Of a stretch of DNA of 64,000 nucleotides, positions 30,890-39,189 are shown piece by piece. Made by a program: the position numbers and the translations under genes. The DNA is from a bacterium. Its GTDB lineage: Bacteria > Myxococcota_A > UBA9160 > SZUA-336. The notes under the pieces are model-generated. The model did not search any database and was not told where the DNA came from. It saw only the letters and a list, made by a program, of their open reading frames with translations. Position 1 is the stretch's first letter. Each line of letters opens with the position of its first letter. The stretch covers positions 10,523 to 74,522 of the forward strand of contig JAAELY010000545.1 in NCBI GenBank assembly GCA_024226335.1. The letters are read 5' to 3'.

Positions 30890-30961
30890 TCCTGGTGGAC
30901 CAACGGATCTGAAGGTCCACTATCCCCCCCATGGATCATCGCAGGCGAGGAGGCTCGAGGA

Positions 30962-32404
30962 ATGTCCGCGTCCGGAAGCATGCCGCAACCGGAAGAGTCG
31001 CCCGTCGCACGCCTGTGGCTGGGACTCTCCCTGTTGGTGCTGGTCTTCGCGGGCCTGTTTGCGCTGGCCGTGGTCGTCGCTCGAACGCCACCGTTCGACC
31101 GCCTGGTGACCGATCCACTGTTCTTCAAACGATGCCTGGCCGCGCACGTAAACCTGGCCCTGGTCGCGTGGTTCTACTCCTTCCTGGCCGGCCTGCTCTT
31201 CCTGCTTCCGGGACGCGAACGCCCCGGGTGGCTGGCGAGGCACTCGGTCCATATCGCTGGCACGGGCATCGCCCTTTTACTCGTCGGCGCGTCCATGCCC
31301 GGCGGTCGCCCCGTACTCGCGAACTACATCCCGAGCATCGACCATCCACTTTTCCGCACGGGTCAGTTCCTGTTCGGCCTGGGCGTTCTCACCAGCTTGT
31401 TCGACCGTCGGTTGTTCTGGGCGCGCGATGCGGTATCGGGCCCCCTGCAACTTTCGGATGCATGTATCGCGGGCCTGCGGGTTGCCGCACTCGGACTGTT
31501 GCTGGCGTTGCTTACTTTCGGTCTCTCCGCCCTGAGCCTTCCGGCGGGACTCGACCCCGATGCGCGCTGGGACTTGCTGGTATGGGGCGGGGGCCACGTT
31601 CTTCAGCTGGTTTGTGTAATCGCAATGCTCTCGGTCTGGCTGCTGTTGCTCACACCGGTACTGGGCAGACCCCCGGTCAGCGGCCGGGGCGCGACCTGGA
31701 TCTTCGGCGCGATGCTCATGCCCTGGACCCTGGGCCTGCTCTTCCTGCTTCAGGGAACCGGGAGTCCGGCCTATCGGACCGGCTTCACCTCGCTGATGCA
31801 GTGGGGAATCTTCCCGCCCGTACTGGTGTTTCTGGCACTGTGCGGACGCGCGTTGGTACTCGCCGTGCGCGAGCAGCGCATCGGCCGACGAGCTTTCGGC
31901 GATCTGCGCATATCGGCCTTCCTGGTGAGTGCTGCACTCACCTTGGTGGGCTTCGCCCTCGGTGCCTCGATCCGCGGATCGAACACGATGGTACCGGCGC
32001 ACTATCACGCCTCGGTCGGTGCGGTGACGGTGGCCTTCATGGCGGCCGCCTACCCGATACTCGCCTGCTTTGGGCTGGCACTTCCCACTGCGCGGATGCG
32101 CAAAGCCGCGGCCTGGCAGCCGCTATTGTACGGTGGGGGTATGCTAGTGTTCGCAGCCGGTTTTGCGCTTGCGGGCGCCTACGGCATGGGCCGAAAGGTC
32201 TATGGCGCCGAACAGGCAGCGCGAGGGCTGGCCGAGTCGGTGGGGCTGGGCTTGATGGGGTTTGGCGGCTTGATCGCAATTGTCGGGGGAATGCTTTTCC
32301 TCGTCGTGGTCGCCAACGCCTGGTGGCGCGGCATCGAATCGGATGAACCGATTACTCTTCACCTGGGACGGAGGTGGCGCTTTGGAAACGAAGAACACGG
32401 ATGA
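30962..32404 (+). CDS. 12-TM membrane protein, NnrS-like (heme/copper membrane protein of NO-responsive regulons). Assignment tentative.
   Basis: 12 predicted TM helices. Intramembrane His in TM2, TM3 and TM6, plus HYH in TM10. GAGGAGG RBS before the ATG at 30962. Divergent from the Rrf2 gene. Confidence 0.45.
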   Translation: MSASGSMPQPEESPVARLWLGLSLLVLVFAGLFALAVVVARTPPFDRLVTDPLFFKRCLAAHVNLALVAWFYSFLAGLLFLLPGRERPGWLARHSVHIAGTGIALLLVGASMPGGRPVLANYIPSIDHPLFRTGQFLFGLGVLTSLFDRRLFWARDAVSGPLQLSDACIAGLRVAALGLLLALLTFGLSALSLPAGLDPDARWDLLVWGGGHVLQLVCVIAMLSVWLLLLTPVLGRPPVSGRGATWIFGAMLMPWTLGLLFLLQGTGSPAYRTGFTSLMQWGIFPPVLVFLALCGRALVLAVREQRIGRRAFGDLRISAFLVSAALTLVGFALGASIRGSNTMVPAHYHASVGAVTVAFMAAAYPILACFGLALPTARMRKAAAWQPLLYGGGMLVFAAGFALAGAYGMGRKVYGAEQAARGLAESVGLGLMGFGGLIAIVGGMLFLVVVANAWWRGIESDEPITLHLGRRWRFGNEEHG

Positions 32405-32427
32405 AAAGCATCCCATTCAACGGCTCA

Positions 32428-32537
32428 TGGACAACCCGTGGCTACTACTCGTGCTGGGAGTCTTGATCCCGACCGTGTCCTACACGATCTGGGGCTGGAT
32501 CGAGTTACTGAGCACGCCTGCGGCCACACTACCGTGA
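32428..32537 (+). CDS. Candidate 36-aa single-TM peptide, possibly an oxidase subunit IIa analogue.
   Basis: MDNPWLLLVLGVLIPTVSYTIWGWIELLSTPAATLP lies directly upstream of the one-TM CuA subunit II. The RBS is weak. Confidence 0.3.
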
Positions 32538-32559
32538 CGGTCCGGCAAGGGAGAACGAT

Positions 32560-33087
32560 ATGAGTATCCATCAGCCACCGGCTGACTGGTTCAAGGCACC
32601 GGACAGCACCGAGCGCCTGTGGGTGGGACTCGCGTTGATCTGGTGCCTGGTGATGTTCATCGCCATGCCGTACTGGTATTTTTACGGCAAGCAGAACAGC
32701 GTCGGTGAGGGGTACCTCGTCGAGCCGATGGAGTTCAGCCAGCGTGTCAGCAAGTTCGTAGAGACCAATAAGGTCGGCGAATTGAAGGGCATTCCGATCG
32801 TCGAGGCGGCGCCGGGAGGCGACGTCTATCTACAGGCGATGATGTGGAGCTGGTTCCCGGTCATCCAGATGCGCAAGGATCAAACCTACCGTCTGCACAT
32901 CTCGTCGTTGGACCTGCAACACGGCTTCTCGATACAGCCGCTCAACATGAACTTCCAGATCCTGCCCGGCTACGACCACGTACTGACCATCACGCCGACG
33001 AGTGCCGGCGAATTTTCGATCGTATGCAACGAGTTCTGCGGTATCGGGCACCACCTGATGACCGGCCGCATTCTCGTCGTCGAGTAG
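32560..33087 (+). CDS. Heme-copper oxidase superfamily subunit II, single TM plus a cupredoxin CuA domain (B-family / NOR-like).
   Basis: DLQHGFSI followed by CNEFCGIGHHLM gives the H...CxExCGxxHxxM CuA ligand set. 175 aa with one TM helix. Confidence 0.8.
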   Translation: MSIHQPPADWFKAPDSTERLWVGLALIWCLVMFIAMPYWYFYGKQNSVGEGYLVEPMEFSQRVSKFVETNKVGELKGIPIVEAAPGGDVYLQAMMWSWFPVIQMRKDQTYRLHISSLDLQHGFSIQPLNMNFQILPGYDHVLTITPTSAGEFSIVCNEFCGIGHHLMTGRILVVE

Positions 33088-33108
33088 GAGAGGCCGCGAT
33101 GACCACGA

Positions 33109-34847
33109 CGACCATCGGAGACGTCCCGTTCGAAGGCGGGGCTTCGGGAAACCACCAGGGCGCAGTCCGCAGTTGCGATACAACGGGCCTGCCCGTCTGC
33201 CTGGGCGCACAGCGCTTCATCAAGCTTCACGCAGTAGTCGCCGTCGTGTGGCTACTCATCGGCGGCACCGCCGCCATCCTGATCGCACTCACGCGTTGGC
33301 CGGCCGTGCATCTGCTCCCCGCAGACTGGTACTACCGGCTTCTGACACTGCACGGTCTCGACATGCTGATCTTCATGATCTTGAACTTCGAGATCGCGAT
33401 CCTGTATTTCGCAGGCACGACGTTGCTGAATTGCCGACTAGCATCGACCAAGGCCGCCTGGCTCGCTTTCGCGCTGATGCTGATCGGCGGCATCATGGTG
33501 AATATCGCGGTACTGAACGGCAGTAGCGATGTGCTGTTGACGTCGTACGTGCCCCTCAAGGCCAGCCCCTGGTTCTACCTGGGCATCATCCTCCTGGCCG
33601 TGGGTGCGCTGGTCGCAGTAATCAACTTCTTGGCCACGCTCTATATCGCGAAGCGAGACCACACCTACGAGGGTTCGGTGCCGCTCGTGGTATTTGGCGC
33701 GACGGCTGCCGCCATCATCGCAGTCGTGACCCTCTTGCACGGCGCGGTCGTGATGATCCCGACCTGGCTGTGGTCGATGGGCGTGGTCGAGTACATCGAT
33801 CCGGCCTGGTACCGCATAACCTGGTGGGCACTGGGCCATATGTCCCAGCAGATCAACGTATGCGCAATGGTCTCGGTCTGGTATCTGCTGGGGACACTGA
33901 CTGTAGGAGCTCAGCCGGTAAGTCAGCTCGTGTGCCGGGGCGCTTTCGTGCTCTACATCTTGTTCATCAACGTGGCTTCGGCCCACCACATCCTGGTCGA
34001 TCCGGCCGTGGGCGCAAGCTGGAAGATCTGGAACACCGGTTACGCCATGTACCTGGCCGTACTGGCTTCGATGATCCACGGCCTGACCGTACCGGCCTCG
34101 ATCGAGGTCGCCCAGCGCAAGAAGGGCTTCAACCGCGGTCTGTTCGGCTGGCTGGTGGCAGCTCCGTGGAGCAACCCGGGTTTCTCGGGTTTCTTCCTTT
34201 CGCTGATCATTTTCGGCTTCGGCGGCGGCATCACCGGAGTCGTGCTGGGCACGCAACAGATCAACATCATGGCGCACAACACACTGCGCATTCCCGGGCA
34301 CTTCCACGTGACCGTCGTAGGCGGTACGGCACTGGCTTTCATGGCAGTCACCTACTATGTGGTGCCCCTGATTTTCCAGCGCGAGTTCTACCTGAAGACC
34401 TGGTGCCGCATCCAGCCGTGGCTGTTCGGCGGCGGTATCACCCTGATGTCGATCGGCATGTCGTTCGCAGGTTCCTACGGGGTCCCGCGCCGGCACTGGG
34501 ACATGGAGTTCACAGGGGCCATGTTCTCGACCGGATTCGACTCGGGCGCACACCTGATGCTGGGCTTGATGGGAGTGGGTGCGATCATCGCAGTCACCGG
34601 CCTGTTGGTATTCGTCCTGCTCGTGGTCGCGGCCGTATTCTTCGGCCGCTCGAACGCGGGCCGCGCGATGACACCGTGGCACGAGGAACGGCAGGTCGCC
34701 GAGAAGTTCCGCACCGAAGACACAGCCGGAGATGACGAACACAGCATGCCGGGAACTCTTGTACTGGCACTGTTCTTCCTGGCCTGCTTCGTCGTGTACT
34801 ACTTCGCCAACTGGATGTGGCTGGCCGACGTCTGGCACGTGCGCTGA
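33109..34847 (+). CDS. Heme-copper oxidase superfamily subunit I, B-family-like. The helix VI Tyr is replaced by Gln (candidate eNOR-type NO reductase).
   Basis: TM2 LTLHGLDMLIFM (heme His). Helix VI WWALGHMSQQ aligns to WFFGHPEVY (His kept, Tyr replaced by Gln). Helix VII ASAHHILV (the HH pair). Helix X IPGHFHVTVVGG (HxH). RBS GAGG before the ATG at 33109. Confidence 0.75.
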
Positions 34848-34863
34848 TCGTGGAGAAACGACG

Positions 34864-35784
34864 ATGGAACGGATCACGCGCTTCGTAACGGGGGGCGGGC
34901 TACCCGCCTTTGCGCTGCCACTGCTGGTCTTCTATCAGGGGTTGCTGGTCGCTCTCCTGTTCACGCCACCCGCGGCGACGGGGCTGGGTGCGTTCGCTGA
35001 GGATTTCCGTCTCTGGTGTTTCGGTTACGACCCGTCGACGGGCAATCTGAGATGGGGCCCGGTTGTGGCCATGCTCCTACCACCACTGGTGCTGGGCGTG
35101 GCCTTTCTGGTTTTCTGGTGGAAACAGCTGGGCGAGATGGCGATGCGACCGATGACGCTGATCCGACCGGCCGCACTCGCGGCCAGCCTGGTCATTGCCG
35201 CCGCTTTCGTCTTCTCCCTGCTAGGCGGCAGCAGCCCGCAGGCGGGCGACCTGAGTTTTCCGGCAGACGCATTGCGCACGAGTTTCAAACCGCCCGAGAT
35301 CTCGCTGACCAGCCACACAGGGGAACCCGTCGACCTGGCACGATTGAAAGGCAAGGTCGTCCTGGTGACGGCTGTCTACGCCAGTTGCCCGCACACCTGC
35401 CCGCTGATCCTGACCCAGGCAAAAAAAGCCATCGCCGAACTGGATCCCACTGAGCGCCGAGATCTGCACGTGATCGGCGTGACCATCGACCCCTCCAACG
35501 ACAGCCCGGAAGTACTCGCCGAGCTGGCCGAGATGCACGACCTGACACCCCCTCTTTACAACCTGGTGACCGGTGACACCGCGGAAGTAGAGCGGGTTCT
35601 CGACGATCTCGGCGTCGCCAGGCAGTACAACGAAGAAACTGGACAGATCGACCACGCCAATCTCTTCGTTCTGGTGGACCGAAGCGGTCGCATCGCGTAC
35701 CGCTTCTCGCTTGGAGAGAACCAGCAGCGCTGGCTGGTTTCGGGCCTGCGCGTGCTACTGCACGAGCCCGGAAACCTTGGCTGA
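34864..35784 (+). CDS. SCO1/SenC-family copper chaperone with an N-terminal multi-TM membrane domain.
   Basis: Thioredoxin-like domain with CPHTCP (Cx3CP). 3-4 N-terminal TM helices. RBS GGAGAAA. Confidence 0.7.
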   Translation: MERITRFVTGGGLPAFALPLLVFYQGLLVALLFTPPAATGLGAFAEDFRLWCFGYDPSTGNLRWGPVVAMLLPPLVLGVAFLVFWWKQLGEMAMRPMTLIRPAALAASLVIAAAFVFSLLGGSSPQAGDLSFPADALRTSFKPPEISLTSHTGEPVDLARLKGKVVLVTAVYASCPHTCPLILTQAKKAIAELDPTERRDLHVIGVTIDPSNDSPEVLAELAEMHDLTPPLYNLVTGDTAEVERVLDDLGVARQYNEETGQIDHANLFVLVDRSGRIAYRFSLGENQQRWLVSGLRVLLHEPGNLG

Positions 35785-37834
35785 GCAGGCTCCGTCGCTA
35801 GGGCAACCCGTCCGCGCACACGGGGTCCTGGAACGACTCGAACGCGGTTTTCTGTACCTGGATCGACTGGTTGAGACGTTCCTCCCCCGATCGCTGAACG
35901 CCCTGCACCACACCGGCGCGATCGCAATCACCGCTCTTTTTGTCGCCACCGTCACGGGCGTGCTGCTGTTGCTCTGGTACCGACCGAGCGTCCACATGTC
36001 CTACTCATCGGTCGCGGCCATGTCGAGTCATCCTTGGACCGCCGGACTGATGCGCTCGCTGCACCGCTATAGCTCCGACGCCTGCGTTTTCTTCGTGCTG
36101 ATCCACTTCCTGCGCGTACTTTTTGAAGGGCGCTTTGCGGGGGCGCGCTGGTTGGCCTGGGTCACCGGGGTGATCACCGTCGGTTTTCTGGAGGTCGTCG
36201 GCTGGAGTGGTTACTGGCTGGTCTGGGATGCTCGCGCCCAGCACATTGCGACCGGCACGGCGCGCATGCTCGACGTACTGCCGATCGTGGTAGACCCGAT
36301 GGGGCGCTCCTTCCTGTTCGACGAAGCGGTCAACTCCCTGCTCTTCTTCGTCGTCTTCTTCATCCACATGCTGGTTCCAATCAGCCTCGCGATCGGCCTT
36401 TGGCTGCACCTGACACGTGTGAGTCGCTCGCGATTCGTCACCGAAACTCCGATGACGATCTGGACCCTGGGCCTTTTGATGCTGCTCTCGGTGGCCTATC
36501 CGGCGACGAATGCTCCTATCGCCGACCTGACCGCACTCGGGCAGAGCTTCACCATGGACTGGTGGTACCTGATGCCGCTCGCGTTCACCGACCGCTTATC
36601 CGGAGGCGCACTCTGGTCACTGGCGCTCGTGGTCGGTCCGGTGCTCGGCACCTTCCCCTGGTGGATGACCCGAGGCAAACCGAAACCCGCACGCGTCGAC
36701 CCCGCGCGCTGCAATGAGTGCCTGCAGTGTTACAACGATTGCCCCTTCGAGGCGATCACGATGATCCCCCGCACCGAAGCCAACCCGCGCTACGCCCTCC
36801 AGGCCGACGTGAATCCCGCGCGCTGCGTAGGTTGCGGAATCTGCTCGGGTTCCTGTGACTCCATCGCGATCGACCTGGACTGGTTCAACATCCGCGAACA
36901 GCGCAAGAAGATCGAAGGATGGCTGGCTGAAGCCGCAGAAAGGGACGAAAAGATCGATATCGCCGTCACCTGCACGAGTTCTGCGGGCGGCCTCCTTTCG
37001 ATCGACCGCGAAACCGGCGTTTGCAGCGAATTGCCGGGCTACCGCGTGCTCGAGGCACCGTGTGCGGGCTGGCTGCATCCCCTTACGCTCGAGCGAGCAC
37101 TGCGTCGCGGCGCCGATCGCGCGATCATCATCGGCTGTGGCGGAGAGTGCCACTATCGCGAGGGCACCGACTGGCTGAATCTTCGCCTGTCGGGGGAGCG
37201 CAATCCGACGCTGCGCACGCAATTCGTGGAGCGTGAGCGCATTTCCACGCTGTTCTTCGACCGCACGCGCAAAGCCGAGATGATTCGGGTCGCGAACACG
37301 CTTCACGACGATGGAACACGCGCGGCATCGAAACCCCTTTCGACTTTGCGCATGGGCCTGGCGTTCGTCACTACCGCCGTTATTACCGCGATGATCATCG
37401 GGTTGGTGAGCGATCTCAATTACTCCGCGCCGCAGGCCGATGGCTCGCAGCTCGTCGTTACGTTCAAACACCCCGGGCAGATGAGTGAAGACTGCCACGA
37501 ACTCTCGGAGGAAGAGAAGGCTGCGCTTCCCGTGCATATGCGCCTGGAGAAGATCTGCGACCGGGGACGCTCGGATGTGCGCCTGGCCGTGTACCTGGAT
37601 GGCGCATCCGTCCTGGAACGCGCCTACCCACCTGCGGGTTTCTGGGGCGATCTCAACAGCCTCGCTATCGAGGAGATCAACGTGAAACCGGGCGAACATC
37701 TCGTTGGCGTAAAGATCGGGGACAGCCGCGATCCCGATGAGTGGACCTTCGTCGCAGAGCGCAAACTGACTTTCGGCCTGGATAAGCGCGAAGTGGTCGC
37801 ATTCGACCGGCTCGCCGGTTTCAAGTGGTACTGA
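35777..37834 (+). CDS. Fusion protein: diheme cytochrome b (bc1/b6-type 4-helix core), then a 2x[4Fe-4S] ferredoxin domain, then an MvhD/FlpD-like domain, then a TM helix and a ~170-aa C-terminal domain. The start is uncertain: TTG 35777 or ATG 35711.
   Basis: Helix B LHRYSSDACVFFVLIH and helix D IHMLVPISLAIGLWLH are both H-x13-H. CNECLQCYNDCP and CVGCGICSGSCD are ferredoxin clusters. RAIIIGCGGECHYREGTDW is the MvhD-like CHY..G motif. A TM follows (LAFVTTAVITAMIIGLV). Confidence 0.65.
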   Translation: MAEQAPSLGQPVRAHGVLERLERGFLYLDRLVETFLPRSLNALHHTGAIAITALFVATVTGVLLLLWYRPSVHMSYSSVAAMSSHPWTAGLMRSLHRYSSDACVFFVLIHFLRVLFEGRFAGARWLAWVTGVITVGFLEVVGWSGYWLVWDARAQHIATGTARMLDVLPIVVDPMGRSFLFDEAVNSLLFFVVFFIHMLVPISLAIGLWLHLTRVSRSRFVTETPMTIWTLGLLMLLSVAYPATNAPIADLTALGQSFTMDWWYLMPLAFTDRLSGGALWSLALVVGPVLGTFPWWMTRGKPKPARVDPARCNECLQCYNDCPFEAITMIPRTEANPRYALQADVNPARCVGCGICSGSCDSIAIDLDWFNIREQRKKIEGWLAEAAERDEKIDIAVTCTSSAGGLLSIDRETGVCSELPGYRVLEAPCAGWLHPLTLERALRRGADRAIIIGCGGECHYREGTDWLNLRLSGERNPTLRTQFVERERISTLFFDRTRKAEMIRVANTLHDDGTRAASKPLSTLRMGLAFVTTAVITAMIIGLVSDLNYSAPQADGSQLVVTFKHPGQMSEDCHELSEEEKAALPVHMRLEKICDRGRSDVRLAVYLDGASVLERAYPPAGFWGDLNSLAIEEINVKPGEHLVGVKIGDSRDPDEWTFVAERKLTFGLDKREVVAFDRLAGFKWY

Positions 37835-37873
37835 CAAACTCGGTAGAATCCCTGCGGATTCGGCCGAGCCTCA

Positions 37874-38803
37874 TTGACTGAGTTTTCAGGAGCAACCATG
37901 ACGGTCGTGGACCCGGGCATCGCGCTGACTTCGAAAAGGACCTGGTCCGATCGGGCTCGCGCCTACTTCTCCCTCACACGCCCCCGTCTGCTGCCGCTCG
38001 TCTTGTTGACGGGGCCTGCGGCAATGATGCTCGGGAGCGCGTGGCCGGGAGCGGGCACGGCGACGGCGATCGTCGTGGCTACGGGCCTGCTGACCGGCGC
38101 TGCCGGTACTCTCAATGCCTGGTACGAGCGCGACCGGGACGCACTCATGGAGCGCACACGCGACCGCGCGCTACCGGCTCAGCGGATCTCCCCTCGGAGC
38201 GCACTCTGTTTCGGGCTGTTGCTAGCGACACTCGGGCTCGTGCTCGTTGGCGCCGCCGGTGGCTGGCTTGCCTTCGCAATCGGCCTGGCCGCCCTGCTCC
38301 ACTATCTGCTCGTCTACACCGTCTGGCTGAAACCGCGAACTCCGCTCGCGGTGGTCGTGGGAGGGATCTCGGGAGCGATCTCTCCACTGGTTGCGGGCGC
38401 AGCCGCTTCTGGCCAGATCGACCTCTGGAGCCTGGGACTGTTTGCGATCGTATTCGTGTGGCAGCCACCCCATTTCTGGGCAATCGCCCTGTATCGCCGC
38501 GATGAATACGCCAAAGCTGGATTCCCGGTATTGCCCAGCGCAATCGGGGCCCGCGCCACCCGCTGGCACCAACTCGCCTGGGCTCTCGCGTTGATTCCGG
38601 TGACGCTGATTCCCTGGCTGATCGGCCCGCTCGGTTTTGGTTACCTCGTCACAGCCGTGGCCGGCGGAACCTTCTTCTGCCTGCGCATCATTCAGGCTAT
38701 GCGCTGTAATTCGAAGACAGCCGATCGAGCGGTCTTCGCGGCTTCGCTTCTCTACCTGACCGGCTTGTTCGCGGTACTCACTCTCGAACTCGTGTGGGCC
38801 TGA
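37874..38803 (+). CDS. ctaB: Protoheme IX farnesyltransferase (heme O synthase).
   Basis: UbiA-family motif NAWYERDRDALMERTRDRALP. Nine TM helices. Confidence 0.8.
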   Translation: MTEFSGATMTVVDPGIALTSKRTWSDRARAYFSLTRPRLLPLVLLTGPAAMMLGSAWPGAGTATAIVVATGLLTGAAGTLNAWYERDRDALMERTRDRALPAQRISPRSALCFGLLLATLGLVLVGAAGGWLAFAIGLAALLHYLLVYTVWLKPRTPLAVVVGGISGAISPLVAGAAASGQIDLWSLGLFAIVFVWQPPHFWAIALYRRDEYAKAGFPVLPSAIGARATRWHQLAWALALIPVTLIPWLIGPLGFGYLVTAVAGGTFFCLRIIQAMRCNSKTADRAVFAASLLYLTGLFAVLTLELVWA

Positions 38804-39189
38804 ACTGGAGATGGGGCATTTCGTTGCATCACTTCGCTTTCTTCCGCTGCTTCTGCCTTGCCCGAGACCGACAGACCTTTGGGCGCGGGAAGATCGTCAT
38901 CGGACGAGCGGAGCGAATCCCTCGGCCCGCTTCGAGCGCGCGAAAAGCTGAAGTGGCGAGTCAGTTATGCGAGACTCCGCCAAGTCTGTCCGGGAATGAG
39001 CACTGGTGTGGCACGAAGGCCAGTAGTGGGGTTATTCGCCACATACCCGCAACGCGGCAGAGAACAGGTCGCAGGACAGAAAATCTTTCCAGAACAAGTA
39101 CTTGAGCCGTATTCAGATCGCACCGTGCTTGGCATGCGAGTTGCGATCCGGACAGCGAAAATTCTCCAAGAAAAAGAGGGGGACACAGG

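Noticed and set aside
30931-32346. 471-aa plus-strand ORF (alternative frame).
   Set aside because: Alternative frame of the NnrS-like gene. Extremely Arg/Gly/Pro-rich.
33438-34877. 479-aa minus-strand ORF.
   Set aside because: Antisense shadow of the HCO subunit I gene.
36617-37837. 406-aa minus-strand ORF.
   Set aside because: Antisense shadow of the cytochrome b / Fd / MvhD fusion gene.
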